Below, in pieces: positions 36,120 through 46,312 of a stretch of DNA of 64,000 nt. How positions within the stretch are numbered: the stretch's first letter is position 1; every line of letters begins with the position of its first letter. The notes under the pieces are model-generated. The model ran no database searches. It was not told the DNA's origin and saw nothing but the letters and a program-made list of their open reading frames with translations. Location: sequence record PZ452611.1; one strand, 5' to 3'. The position numbers and the translations under genes are program-made. This DNA comes from a phage.

Positions 36120-36403
36120 TTTCTAATCCTCTTCTTAGATTTTTGTGCAGAAACGCTTTCTGCAATACGAGACAGGCGTTCTTCTGAAGCTTTACCTACC
36201 CCAGGTTTCTTGAGCGGGTTATCTTTATGACCGCAATCCAATTGGATGCTAGATACCTCCCCAACCTTGTAAGTCAATTCTAACAAAAGGTTGTCGTCCT
36301 TGTCAAATGTTTTTACGATAAATTTTTTATCGTCCTCCTGAACTTCATACCTAGTACCTGCAGTATACAGCATGGTGCCATCAGTGTAGGATATCCAAAT
36401 CAT
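36116..36403 (-). CDS. hypothetical protein
   Basis: ORF. Confidence 0.4.
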   Translation of the reverse strand: MIWISYTDGTMLYTAGTRYEVQEDDKKFIVKTFDKDDNLLLELTYKVGEVSSIQLDCGHKDNPLKKPGVGKASEERLSRIAESVSAQKSKKRIRK

Positions 36404-36747
36404 TGCACCTCCTTCTGCTGCAACAGCATTAACTCTTTGTTGGAAATCTTTACTGCTGTCTTTATTGTTCCATCTTCACGGAACCACGACCAGAATTCTA
36501 CAGTGTCACCACTATCAAGCAAGGCATGACCATGGTAAAAATCCTTGTCCTTAGACAGTTTCTCATCTATATCTGCATCGACACATTCGTGATCCATAGC
36601 ATTTTGCCTGAATGCATCGGTTATGCCAATGCATGCCTTGCTCTCAAGACTGGTATATCCGATATCTTTTAATTCAGTTTCCCAAGTCCAGTATCCTACA
36701 AAAGCCACAACAGCTACCCACATTAATATCGATTTAATCTTTGACAT
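36400..36747 (-). CDS. membrane-anchored/secreted protein
   Basis: N-terminal hydrophobic segment MSKIKSILMWVAVVAFVGYWTW. Confidence 0.4.
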   Translation of the reverse strand: MSKIKSILMWVAVVAFVGYWTWETELKDIGYTSLESKACIGITDAFRQNAMDHECVDADIDEKLSKDKDFYHGHALLDSGDTVEFWSWFREDGTIKTAVKISNKELMLLQQKEVQ

Positions 36748-36807
36748 TCTCTCTACCTCTTTCTTAATTTGTTTAATTATGGCACATCCTTTGTGCCTTG
36801 TTGCACA

Positions 36808-37269
36808 CTACTTAAACAACAGTTCAAAATAGTGCAAAATTAACAGAAGTTGAATTACGCCTAGCACAACAGCAAGTATGTTAATCTTAGAATCAAAAAA
36901 CTTCTTAACTTTTACCCTAAAAGGTTCCTTAATGTCCTTTACGATCCTATCTATAGATGACCTCATATCCCTGATTACCATCCTGAACATTAAAGACGGA
37001 TGATCCCTCTCTGTAACGGAATCGAAAACATACTCTCTTTGATCACAAGGGCCGCCAGCTCTGCGTATTAACCTCTCCACAGAGACCTCGTACGACACAC
37101 CTGTAACGTAATCATCTATGACAAGGAGTGACGGGTCTTTATCGTCCAAGGGTATCAAAGTTATCTTTCCAGATTTTGTTAAAATTTCTCCTTTTTCAAG
37201 TAAGGTGTACCAATGCTCTCTGCCAAGACTGTTGAGGCACGTTTTTACATATTTAACAAACATCGTCAC
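36808..37269 (-). CDS. hypothetical protein
   Basis: ORF; C-terminal hydrophobic segment. Confidence 0.4.
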   Translation of the reverse strand: MTMFVKYVKTCLNSLGREHWYTLLEKGEILTKSGKITLIPLDDKDPSLLVIDDYVTGVSYEVSVERLIRRAGGPCDQREYVFDSVTERDHPSLMFRMVIRDMRSSIDRIVKDIKEPFRVKVKKFFDSKINILAVVLGVIQLLLILHYFELLFK

Positions 37270-37469
37270 CCCTCATCGCACGTCTGATATAACCACTCTA
37301 TAAAATCTTGATACCATTCGCCCTCTGAGCGCTCCGTAGGCCAATAATCTTCACCCTCTCGTGCATTAAAATCTGAGTATTCAACTTTCCACTCCTTTAC
37401 CAGCTCGTGGAGAAGGTTTTCAGCCTGCTCTAAAGATTTATTTTTTGCCATTGCTGTCTCCTTTTTCAA
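37266..37469 (-). CDS. hypothetical protein
   Basis: ORF. Confidence 0.35.
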   Translation of the reverse strand: MKKETAMAKNKSLEQAENLLHELVKEWKVEYSDFNAREGEDYWPTERSEGEWYQDFIEWLYQTCDEG

Positions 37470-37670
37470 GATAGTTATACATCAGAACTGCACCACCTAA
37501 GATGGCTACCAGTAACAATACCCCAGATAGCATCTCAATAAACATGGCTTGAAACACTGGAAGGTCTCCCTAAATTAACGCACCATTTTAAATACATGCT
37601 CTTTTCCCATAAAGGTGCCTGGCTAAGATCTGCGTAGAACGCAATCTCTTTAAGAACAGTATAAACAGTT

Positions 37671-37907
37671 TTAGGTGCGGTCTCCATCCCTACTCTCCTT
37701 TTTCTCCTTACGGATATTCTTGTAGTAATCAACTAGGCACATTATTACAATGAAGATAACAATAGGCCAAAAAGGTGCAGCAGTGATGATGGTGATAAAA
37801 TCATCAAACTTCACCTTTCGTCTAGCTACGATGCATACACCTGTCAAGAATACCGCTGTTATAACGGCTATTACCAGGTAACCTATTAGCACAGCATTTA
37901 TACTCAT
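37671..37907 (-). CDS. membrane protein (2 TM)
   Basis: two hydrophobic helices. Confidence 0.4.
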   Translation of the reverse strand: MSINAVLIGYLVIAVITAVFLTGVCIVARRKVKFDDFITIITAAPFWPIVIFIVIMCLVDYYKNIRKEKKESRDGDRT

Positions 37908-37938
37908 TAGTCCTCCCTTTTGTAGGTTAAATTATATA

Positions 37939-38472
37939 CTACAGATGGTTGCTTATGGTGTCAAGAAAATTATCTCGTTCTTTCTCGGAGTTTTCACAGG
38001 TGTAGCTGAAAAACATATCTAGAATAACCTTATTGATATATTCCAGCTCCTCTGTGTTCAGGTACTTAGCAGGATCTACAATGACATCCCAAATATCATA
38101 CAGACCACACTCATGATATCCATAACGCCACTCAATTGTCAAGCTGAGCGGCAAATCTTTACCGTCACAAACAACCTTCCATCTACATATGTTGGTATCT
38201 GGGCGTATCTGTGCACGGTATACCTGTACAAAATCCAATTTGAATTTGAGGTATTCGTCATGCAATTTAAGCACAAAGCTCTCGATTTGTGGAGACACTT
38301 TTGCAGCAAACTGTGCGTATTTGTATTTGCACTGGATGATCTTTCTGCGTTTTGCAGTTAAATTTTTTGCCGCCAGTTGTTCTTCAGTGTATCTCCACCT
38401 ACGATCAACAAACGCAACAGGGTCTTTGTCCCCATAGAGGTCTTCCCAGTTAATCAGAAGCATACCTGTCAC
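37939..38472 (-). CDS. hypothetical protein
   Basis: 177-aa ORF. Confidence 0.45.
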   Translation of the reverse strand: MTGMLLINWEDLYGDKDPVAFVDRRWRYTEEQLAAKNLTAKRRKIIQCKYKYAQFAAKVSPQIESFVLKLHDEYLKFKLDFVQVYRAQIRPDTNICRWKVVCDGKDLPLSLTIEWRYGYHECGLYDIWDVIVDPAKYLNTEELEYINKVILDMFFSYTCENSEKERDNFLDTISNHL

Positions 38473-38702
38473 TCCTCCACAACTTCAAGGCCTTTGCCGC
38501 CTCGTTCTGGTAGATTACTTAAAGACAGGTAATACGTATAGTCAGGAGAGATCCTGCCAGACTCTGCACCTGCAGCTAATAAATCTTTTCCCTTAACCAT
38601 GACAACATTATCGTTTGCAGATAACCGTTTTGCTTCCACAATTTTACCAATGCAGTCAACCAAGGAAGGGTATCCTAAATCTGTAAGAAATTTAACTTTC
38701 AT
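38469..38702 (-). CDS. hypothetical protein (MKVK.LD family paralogue)
   Basis: MKVKFLTDLGY...DLLAAGAESG. Confidence 0.45.
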   Translation of the reverse strand: MKVKFLTDLGYPSLVDCIGKIVEAKRLSANDNVVMVKGKDLLAAGAESGRISPDYTYYLSLSNLPERGGKGLEVVEE

Positions 38703-38741
38703 GCTACCTCCTACTTCTACCGTCCCTGGTAAGATAAATTA

Positions 38742-39140
38742 TTACTGAACAGAGCGCGGAGCTGGGAAGGATAACTCTTCTAAAGAGAAGATTTCATTTC
38801 CCACAATCCATGTTGCCGGATCATCTGGGTTGACTGGATAGATAATCATCACCTCGTCCGTGTTACATACCCGCTTTTTACCTGTGAGGTTATCAGCAAC
38901 CCGCATGCGCGGTTCTTCAGAAATACACAGGTAGCCTCCTCGGCCCACTGTTCCTTCCACAGGATCCTGCCCTTTGATTACAATGATTATCTTCTCCCCT
39001 GTGGCGATATTGCCTTGCACACTAACAGTTTGACCAACTTTAGATGTGCCGAACTTGGTGGTTTCAAACATTAAATCTCGAATTACTGTTGCATAGTCTC
39101 CAGACACTTTCTTACCTTCTTTAGTGATCTCAATCTTCAT
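38742..39140 (-). CDS. hypothetical protein
   Basis: ORF. Confidence 0.4.
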   Translation of the reverse strand: MKIEITKEGKKVSGDYATVIRDLMFETTKFGTSKVGQTVSVQGNIATGEKIIIVIKGQDPVEGTVGRGGYLCISEEPRMRVADNLTGKKRVCNTDEVMIIYPVNPDDPATWIVGNEIFSLEELSFPAPRSVQ

Positions 39141-39409
39141 ACACTGGGCTCCTTAAATGAATCTATGTAATCAATTAAATCCCAAGCATCCCTATGACCT
39201 GTCAGAGGGTATACTTCTCCAAGAGGGATCATAGCAATAAGTCTATCAAAAACCCAATCTGGACGCAACATTTTATGGTGATACTCCCACTCACCTTCTA
39301 CAGACTTTTTCTGAGTGATCAGGATCTCTGTGTAGTGTTTCGCCTGTCTTGAGTAGATTGAGAATGACTTGTACATAAATGACCCCCTCTTGTTGAAAAC
39401 AAAATACAC
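39137..39409 (-). CDS. hypothetical protein
   Basis: ORF. Confidence 0.4.
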   Translation of the reverse strand: MYFVFNKRGSFMYKSFSIYSRQAKHYTEILITQKKSVEGEWEYHHKMLRPDWVFDRLIAMIPLGEVYPLTGHRDAWDLIDYIDSFKEPSV

Positions 39410-39411
39410 TA

Positions 39412-39726
39412 CTACCAGGTCACTGTCAAGTAGGCAACTGTGTTATTTTTCTCCGGAGAGATGCCAACAACATCCACCTGCAGACCTCCTGCCCTCAAAT
39501 CCCCAACAATGTGCGGGAAGTAATCTGAGAGATGCGAGGGTAGATTTATCGAAAATCCGCATCCCAGAAAGCCTGCTAACGCTTTATTTTGTATCTCCCC
39601 TACAATCGCATCATAAATGGAGTTAAGCTCGTCAGGGAGCGTTACAGGACGTTTTAGCGCTAACTGGTGTAATTTGTCCTTAGCACTCATTTTCATTTCA
39701 GGTCTACCTCTGGTGGTGCCAACCAC
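39412..39726 (-). CDS. hypothetical protein
   Basis: ORF; overlaps methyltransferase 3' end. Confidence 0.35.
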   Translation of the reverse strand: MVGTTRGRPEMKMSAKDKLHQLALKRPVTLPDELNSIYDAIVGEIQNKALAGFLGCGFSINLPSHLSDYFPHIVGDLRAGGLQVDVVGISPEKNNTVAYLTVTW

Positions 39727-40226
39727 ATAAATGGCGGCAAGCCTAAACGGTTTTTCTTATCCCACACAAAATATGCATATGCTTGCCCGTCAGTTCTGCC
39801 ATTTGATTGAAATGACGGACGCTTAGATATTGTGATCACAGTGGTAGGTGCATTATCAAGCCACCATTCAAATCTGGCTTTGCTTTCCAGAAAATTAAGA
39901 CGTAAAAGCATAATAACTACGTCAGCATCTTTCAACGCCTTGTCTACAAACTCACGAGCCAAGCTGTATGGTGGGTTGGTGATAATACAGTCAACATGGT
40001 TGTATTCTGTATTCAGATAGTCAACACCTTCTTGGATTTCTCCCCATGCAGATCCTAACGGCATACGGGAGTAGAACACACCTGAGGCACTATTCCTGCA
40101 AGGCTCTAAGTAGGTCCAGTCTTCTGGGAACGGAATAAGGTCATACAGCCCTTCTGCACACCACTCCGGTGTCACATACTCATCGTAGGCGTTACGTTGT
40201 TCATCAGGTTTTCTAGCACAAGTCAT
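39693..40226 (-). CDS. N6-adenine methyltransferase-like protein (probably DNA)
   Basis: motif IV DCIITNPPY; 177 aa. Confidence 0.6.
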   Translation of the reverse strand: MTCARKPDEQRNAYDEYVTPEWCAEGLYDLIPFPEDWTYLEPCRNSASGVFYSRMPLGSAWGEIQEGVDYLNTEYNHVDCIITNPPYSLAREFVDKALKDADVVIMLLRLNFLESKARFEWWLDNAPTTVITISKRPSFQSNGRTDGQAYAYFVWDKKNRLGLPPFMWLAPPEVDLK

Positions 40227-40277
40227 GCAAATCTCCAGATCATAAAAGCCCTCCGAAGAGGGCTTTAGAATTAATGT

Positions 40278-41327
40278 TTAAACTTCTTCGACAATTCCTG
40301 CACCCAGGATTTTTTCATTGAGCTCTTTTGCTGTTTTAATAATATTATCTACCAGACGCTTGCGAGTCTTATCTTTCACCTTAACCTCTTCACCGCCGTT
40401 CAGAGTAGTCTTCAATTGAGACAGAATATCCTGAAGTTCAACGACAGAGAATCTCTGCAGATCTTCTGAAGTAATCTCACCCAGGGCAATTCGGACGGTC
40501 TCGCCACTTTCCATCTGCAGATTCAGGAACACAGTGTGAACATCACCTTTCGAACCACCCGCTTTTGCAGATTCAACAGCATGAACTAACTCATCTAAAG
40601 ATGTGCACTGGTGAATCTCCGGAAGACCTGCTTCACCTAACACGCCTTCTTCATCACCTTTTGCCAGAAGCTTTTTCGGTTTTTGTCCGTTCTGGATGCG
40701 TTGTATGTTGCCTTCATCCAGAATAATAGCTCCAGTGCGTGCTGCCAGCTCTTCTCCGTCCAACCACACTTCGCCACCAGCTGTGATGGATGCGATCTCA
40801 TCTTCTGTCAGCACCCCACCGTAGTATTTTTCGATTAAGCGTTCGAAACGTTTTTTCCAGTAGCTGACCTGAGTATTCATGTTCACACCGTTACCATAAG
40901 TGCCACCTTGGTAGTAGTGGAACATAAACTCTGTGTCCGGAGCCACAGTGCGTTCTTTGCAACCCAGCCATAAGATTGTTCCCGCAGAGCAGCACATCCC
41001 TTCAGCATGTGCAACAACGCTTGCCTGAGACTCGCGGAATGCCTGCAGATAAGCCATTGCAATGTGCACGCAACCCCCAGGACTATTGATGATCACCCGA
41101 ATGCTTTCTTCCGGCTGAGCCATACGGATCGTCTGCAGACGAGACATATGATCTTGTAAGTCTTCCAAATCGTCGATATAAAGAACGTGGTCAACAACTG
41201 GTGTTGGGTAGCTGTATGTTTCCATAATACCACCCGGCATACCGAACATTTTATTACTCATAGGTTCGAAACCGTTCTGTTTTTCTTTCATGCCGTGTAC
41301 CATGGTGCTACGAGGTGTTAAATTCAT
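40278..41327 (-). CDS. ClpP-like serine protease (S14 family) with ~150-aa C-terminal extension
   Basis: VIINSPGGCV...GMCCSAGTILWLGC...FMFHYYQGG parallels ClpP YINSPGG...GQAASMGAFLL...VMIHQPLGG (catalytic Ser/His context). Confidence 0.6.
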   Translation of the reverse strand: MNLTPRSTMVHGMKEKQNGFEPMSNKMFGMPGGIMETYSYPTPVVDHVLYIDDLEDLQDHMSRLQTIRMAQPEESIRVIINSPGGCVHIAMAYLQAFRESQASVVAHAEGMCCSAGTILWLGCKERTVAPDTEFMFHYYQGGTYGNGVNMNTQVSYWKKRFERLIEKYYGGVLTEDEIASITAGGEVWLDGEELAARTGAIILDEGNIQRIQNGQKPKKLLAKGDEEGVLGEAGLPEIHQCTSLDELVHAVESAKAGGSKGDVHTVFLNLQMESGETVRIALGEITSEDLQRFSVVELQDILSQLKTTLNGGEEVKVKDKTRKRLVDNIIKTAKELNEKILGAGIVEEV

Positions 41328-41387
41328 GAGAAATCCTTAATATTGGAAGTTGAAAGCTATTTATTTAAACCTGATTCACATTTACCT

Positions 41388-41699
41388 TTATTTAGCAATC
41401 ACTATAGAGTACTTACGATTGTCAGAAGCATCGCAGCTCAATGATTGCCAGTCTACCACATACCACGTATCATTGTCAACAATCACTTTATCGCCTGTTC
41501 TGTAGCAGGTGCTGCTTTCAATAATCCGAGACTCGATAAAGAATCTGTGTCGGCGCTCACGTAGCAACGCTAAGTTGATTATATTGCCACCACTGTCCTT
41601 GATCCATACATTCTTGGATCCTTTATATGCCAGAATTGTCTCGCCGTTATAGACAAACAGGCAGTATATTTTATTTAGTTTCTCTTGTATTGTGGCCAT
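41388..41699 (-). CDS. hypothetical protein
   Basis: ORF. Confidence 0.4.
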   Translation of the reverse strand: MATIQEKLNKIYCLFVYNGETILAYKGSKNVWIKDSGGNIINLALLRERRHRFFIESRIIESSTCYRTGDKVIVDNDTWYVVDWQSLSCDASDNRKYSIVIAK

Positions 41700-41802
41700 A
41701 CTATCTCCTTCTCCTTGTCTTGTCCGATAATAATATCTAAAGCTTACCTGTTTGTCAACAACTGTTTTAGATATTTAAGGGTGGAATAACCACCCTTCTG
41801 TA

Positions 41803-42591
41803 TTACTCGGAAACAGGGGTCCAAATATGATTTGCACGATCCTCTATAAGATTGAGAGCAATCTGACGACCCAACCCGGAACGAACGACATCGTCTGGAC
41901 TATCAAAGCTGATCATTCCAACCTCGGGATCTGGATGACGAGTAAAGAAATCCGTCACCCATGCAAGGCCAGATTTACCAGGGATGTCACGTTGACTATT
42001 ATCGCCCATAATTACAAGGGTGGCCTGATCAGAGATCCTTGTAATAATTGACAACATTTCTTCAGGGTTAGTTTGCTGTGCCTCGTCAATCAGGACAAAG
42101 CATCGCTCATCGAAACTACGACCACGAATGCTTTCAACTTCACAAATCTCGATACGGCTGTTCTGACCATCTCCCAGCATTGCGGCAAAAGCACCTTTGC
42201 CAACACGACGACAAATAGTGTCCATCATGCTTCGAAGATAGGGCCACAGTTTTTGCATTGCATTCCCTGGTTTAAATCCTGAAGTCTTTCCTGTCTGAAC
42301 GTAAGGACGTGCAACAATGATCTTATCAATCTCGTTCTTACGCAGAAGATCACCTGCATATGCAGATGCCATGAATGTCTTACCGGATCCAAACACACCG
42401 TTTACAATAATAATCTTACGTGACCCTAGATAATCAAGATACTTTTGCTGCTTCTTATTCATTGGTCGGAGAGCTGGAGCAGTGTGCTCTCTTTCGTCAG
42501 CAAATTTCTCAGCAGCCTTACGCAGGCGATCAGATTTGCGAGCCTCTCTAGCTTCATCACGCATGCGTTTTGTTTCTTTAGCTCGACCCAT
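41803..42591 (-). CDS. phoH: PhoH-like ATPase
   Basis: Walker A GVFGSGKTFMASAYA; PhoH-like length and layout. Confidence 0.7.
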   Translation of the reverse strand: MGRAKETKRMRDEAREARKSDRLRKAAEKFADEREHTAPALRPMNKKQQKYLDYLGSRKIIIVNGVFGSGKTFMASAYAGDLLRKNEIDKIIVARPYVQTGKTSGFKPGNAMQKLWPYLRSMMDTICRRVGKGAFAAMLGDGQNSRIEICEVESIRGRSFDERCFVLIDEAQQTNPEEMLSIITRISDQATLVIMGDNSQRDIPGKSGLAWVTDFFTRHPDPEVGMISFDSPDDVVRSGLGRQIALNLIEDRANHIWTPVSE

Positions 42592-42629
42592 GTTGGGACT
42601 CCTTTCAGATTGAGATGTGCCAAGTACTT

Positions 42630-42980
42630 TTACTGCAACAGTTTTTCAATAGCCGCTTCCATGCTGCTTGCAACAGCCTGAACTCGGATATTCATCTCTT
42701 CTTGGTGGATCAGCTCCTTAAGCTCTTTAACGGTAAATTCTTTAGAGAAACCTTCCACCATGATCTTGTGCAAGGCTTCTTGCGTGTCCACTTGCAAGAA
42801 CTTTTCCAGTTTGTTGGCAGAGGCTTCTAAATCAGCCCGAATACGAGGGTCATCTGTGCGATTCAGCATTAGACGTAAGCCATCAAGATTAGTAGAAATA
42901 GCATCTGCATGTTGAGTAACTAACCGTGGCAAAATGAGATCTACAAACTTATTAGCCAAATCGATACGTTCTTGTGTCAC
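42630..42980 (-). CDS. hypothetical protein
   Basis: GTG start overlapping stop of a 37-aa Lys-rich ORF (42977-43090). Confidence 0.35.
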   Translation of the reverse strand: MTQERIDLANKFVDLILPRLVTQHADAISTNLDGLRLMLNRTDDPRIRADLEASANKLEKFLQVDTQEALHKIMVEGFSKEFTVKELKELIHQEEMNIRVQAVASSMEAAIEKLLQ

Positions 42981-43152
42981 TGTTGCACCCCCTCTTCATC
43001 CTCATGATATTTCTTTTCACGCTTGTGTTTTTTCTTAAGCTCAAGCGCAATCTCTTTTTTGTACGCCTTCTTCAAGGCTTTTTTAGCCATTTGGCACCTC
43101 CTCTGCTTTCATTACGACAATTATAACCAACTTAACAAAGCTTTGTCAACGA

Positions 43153-43626
43153 TTAGTCAACCTGAACCCAACCACCTGCTACCTTTTTAAACATTCTTTG
43201 GTTATCACTGCCTCTAAAGGGTTTTTTGGTGGGGTTATCTTTTTCGTACTTACCATCCATAATGTAATCAACACTATCTTTAATGTGATCAGGGACTTCT
43301 TCAAACAAATACCCTGTGTACACCCAGATAGTTTTTGTGTTGCCGAAGCGTTCACGGATAGCACAAATGATTGAATACATACCATCAATATTGTAAGGCG
43401 CTAAAGGCTCGCCACCGCATAATGTAACGCCGGTAATATGGTTTGGTTCTATAGAGCTAAGTATGCTCTCAATTGTGTCATTTGTTAACGGTTCCCCTTT
43501 AGCTGGGGACCAAACACTTTTGTTTTGGCAACCTACGCAGTGATGTGGACAACCAGAACAGAACACTGTTGTCCTAATACCTGGGCCGTCAACCATGCTA
43601 CACTCTATAATATTAACAACATTCAT
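43153..43626 (-). CDS. nrdG: anaerobic ribonucleotide reductase activating protein (radical SAM)
   Basis: CSGCPHHCVGC radical-SAM cluster motif; adjacent to nrdD. Confidence 0.8.
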   Translation of the reverse strand: MNVVNIIECSMVDGPGIRTTVFCSGCPHHCVGCQNKSVWSPAKGEPLTNDTIESILSSIEPNHITGVTLCGGEPLAPYNIDGMYSIICAIRERFGNTKTIWVYTGYLFEEVPDHIKDSVDYIMDGKYEKDNPTKKPFRGSDNQRMFKKVAGGWVQVD

Positions 43627-43859
43627 TCCTTGCCCTCTTTGAGGTAGGGATATTCAGGCCCACAATAATCTCTATCTAAGAAAACAGCTTCTTCCCCTCT
43701 GGAATCAGTAGATTTATAATACCCATCACCCTGGTAACTAACGAACCAGTAGCACCCATCATCGCTTTCTACTGTTGTGGCTCTGTCCGAATGAAAGATA
43801 ATTTCGTAATCCTTACCGAATGTAAACCATCTGTTAGCTTTTACACAGACACCTATCAT
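43623..43859 (-). CDS. hypothetical protein
   Basis: ORF coupled to nrdG. Confidence 0.4.
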   Translation of the reverse strand: MIGVCVKANRWFTFGKDYEIIFHSDRATTVESDDGCYWFVSYQGDGYYKSTDSRGEEAVFLDRDYCGPEYPYLKEGKE

Positions 43860-44188
43860 AAGGAACCTCTCTTCTGTGGTGTGCTTCTATTCAAGATAAG
43901 CTTATAAAAGTCCATTTGATGAAGCCGTATAACTTTTTATACTTACGCTTCAATGCTAACAATTTTATCTTGATTTTCTTGATAGATTTCCGCATTTCGA
44001 CCCCTTATGCTTATAAGTACTCCGCGTCGCATTCAGGACAATGCCAAATAAAATCGTCCAGTGCCTTGCACCAACGAAGATTGCAACGACAACCACACTT
44101 GCAAATTTTATAAATACCTTTAGACATACTGTACCTCCTAGTTCACTGTGCCAACAATATGCCACATCCTTGTGGCTTTTGTCAAGTA

Positions 44189-46312
44189 TCAGCAACCACA
44201 ACTTCCGTAGTGCTTAACCCGTTCTATAACTTCCGCTTGCTTACCTTTATTGTAAGGACGGGAGTTAGGACTGGAAAGGTATCCAGACACACGTCGAATT
44301 ACGCTGATCGTTCCCTCTTCATGGTTTCCACACTCTGGACATACAAAGCCTTTAGCTGTTGCACTGAACTCACCAGAGAAACCACACTTGAGACATTTAT
44401 CCACAGGCTGGTTGATACCAAAATACATAATGTGTTTATATCCGAAATCAACAAGAGCTTCCAAAGCATCTAAGTTGTTTTTCAGATTTGGTGTCTCTAC
44501 GTATCCGATGTTGCCACCAGAAGAGATCATAGCAAAACCTTCCTCATACTCCCACTTATCAAAAGGAGAGCTATTGATCCATACTGGCTGATGGAAACTG
44601 TTGGTGAGATATTCATGCTCGTGCTTCAACACTTCAGGATATTCACGATCCAGACAGGTTGCAGCTTTATAGCATAGACTCTCAGAAGGGGTGCCGTACA
44701 AGCTAAACGCTAGTCTACTTTCCTTCTTGTATCGCTCACAAGCATCTCTCATGTGCTGAAGTATTCCAAGAGCTAAAGCCTTGTCACCCTCCCTGCCCAA
44801 AATCTGACAGGTTTCATACACACCAATATACCCAATACTGATGGAAGCGTACCCGTCATAGAAGAGTTTATCAATACTCTCTTCAGGATCCAGGCGAGCA
44901 AGAGCGCCTTCACACCACATGATAGGGTTCTGCCCTGCCTTTGTTCCTTTTAGACGGTTAACCCTTACAAGGTGAGCTTCATACGCCAAATCCAGATACT
45001 CGTCAAGAACTGCAAAGAAATCAACACCTTCCGTTTTAGCTTTTGCCGCAATCATTGGCAGGTTAAGGCTAACAACGCCTAAGTTAAATCTGCCAAGGTA
45101 TTTCTCCTCGCCTGTTTCCAAGTCATTGTATTTGCTAAGAAAACTCCGGCAACCCATGCTCGTTACTTTACCATCTGTCGAGCCTGTCACTTTACGATTT
45201 AGTGGAACAGAAACAAAGTCAGGATAAATCCGCTCTGCAGAGCATTCCAGAGCTAATCGTTTCAAATCATAGTTAGGATCTCCAGGGTTCATGTTGACAC
45301 CCTCTTCTAGGAAGAACAGCACTTTAGGGAACACAGGTGTGATACGTTCTTCACCAAGACCCATTTTGTGGACTTTCAAGTAGTTTTTGGTAATCATTCT
45401 ACCAAAGACCGAGGTATCCAGTCCTAAACTTAATGTTATGAATGGAGTTTGCCCGTTGACAGAAGTTAACGTATTGATTTGATAGAGCAAAGTCTGCATG
45501 CTGTCAAATACGTCTTTATCTGTCATTTGCATTGCAACAGTCTCAGCATCTGGCAACCAATGTTCCTGGCAAAATTTAAGGTTCTTCTCATAGGTCGCTT
45601 CAGCATACTGTGCCAGATAATGATCAATATGGCTCATAGTCTGACCCCCATATTGAGCACTAGCTACTGCACTAGAGATTTGGCTAAGGATTGTTGTTGC
45701 AACCCCTATTGACTTAGGCTTACTGACATGGGCGTTACCAATGTTGAATCCGTTTTCCAACATATCTGGATAATTTACCAAACAACAGTTTGTTAACGGA
45801 CTGATCAAGTAGTCAAGATCATGCACATGGATGAAGCCTCTATTGTGCTCTTCTGAGACACGGTCTGGCAGGATCTGTGTTGATGCAAGGTGTTTGCTAA
45901 GGATGCCTGCAAGCAGGTCACGATGAGTGTGTACATGATTGGTAGGCTTATTTGCGTTTTCTTTTGTAAATTCATCACAAGTGCGATCCAAGAAGCCACT
46001 AATATCTGCAAGCAGTTTTCCACCTGCCTCTCTGTTATTATCTCTTGTCTGCCTATACTGGATGTATTCTCTGGCTGCACATTTTAAACCCATATCCATA
46101 AGAGCGTCTTCAACAAGGATATGGATATTTTTTACAGAGATCGTGCACTGGTCGGTTGGTAGATTGTTAGCAACAACTTCATTAACCGCGCAGGCGATCC
46201 GGTAAGCTTCTTCTTCAGTATGTCCAGACTCAAGTAAGGCGGACTCTGCCGCCTTGATCACCTTAATTCCGTTATAGAACTCTTCTCTACCGTCCCGTTT
46301 TACAACTTTCAC
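44189..46312 (-). CDS. nrdD: anaerobic ribonucleoside-triphosphate reductase (class III)
   Basis: 707 aa; C-terminal zinc ribbon CLKCG...CPECG and glycyl-radical region RRVSGYL. Confidence 0.8.
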   Translation of the reverse strand: MKVVKRDGREEFYNGIKVIKAAESALLESGHTEEEAYRIACAVNEVVANNLPTDQCTISVKNIHILVEDALMDMGLKCAAREYIQYRQTRDNNREAGGKLLADISGFLDRTCDEFTKENANKPTNHVHTHRDLLAGILSKHLASTQILPDRVSEEHNRGFIHVHDLDYLISPLTNCCLVNYPDMLENGFNIGNAHVSKPKSIGVATTILSQISSAVASAQYGGQTMSHIDHYLAQYAEATYEKNLKFCQEHWLPDAETVAMQMTDKDVFDSMQTLLYQINTLTSVNGQTPFITLSLGLDTSVFGRMITKNYLKVHKMGLGEERITPVFPKVLFFLEEGVNMNPGDPNYDLKRLALECSAERIYPDFVSVPLNRKVTGSTDGKVTSMGCRSFLSKYNDLETGEEKYLGRFNLGVVSLNLPMIAAKAKTEGVDFFAVLDEYLDLAYEAHLVRVNRLKGTKAGQNPIMWCEGALARLDPEESIDKLFYDGYASISIGYIGVYETCQILGREGDKALALGILQHMRDACERYKKESRLAFSLYGTPSESLCYKAATCLDREYPEVLKHEHEYLTNSFHQPVWINSSPFDKWEYEEGFAMISSGGNIGYVETPNLKNNLDALEALVDFGYKHIMYFGINQPVDKCLKCGFSGEFSATAKGFVCPECGNHEEGTISVIRRVSGYLSSPNSRPYNKGKQAEVIERVKHYGSCGC

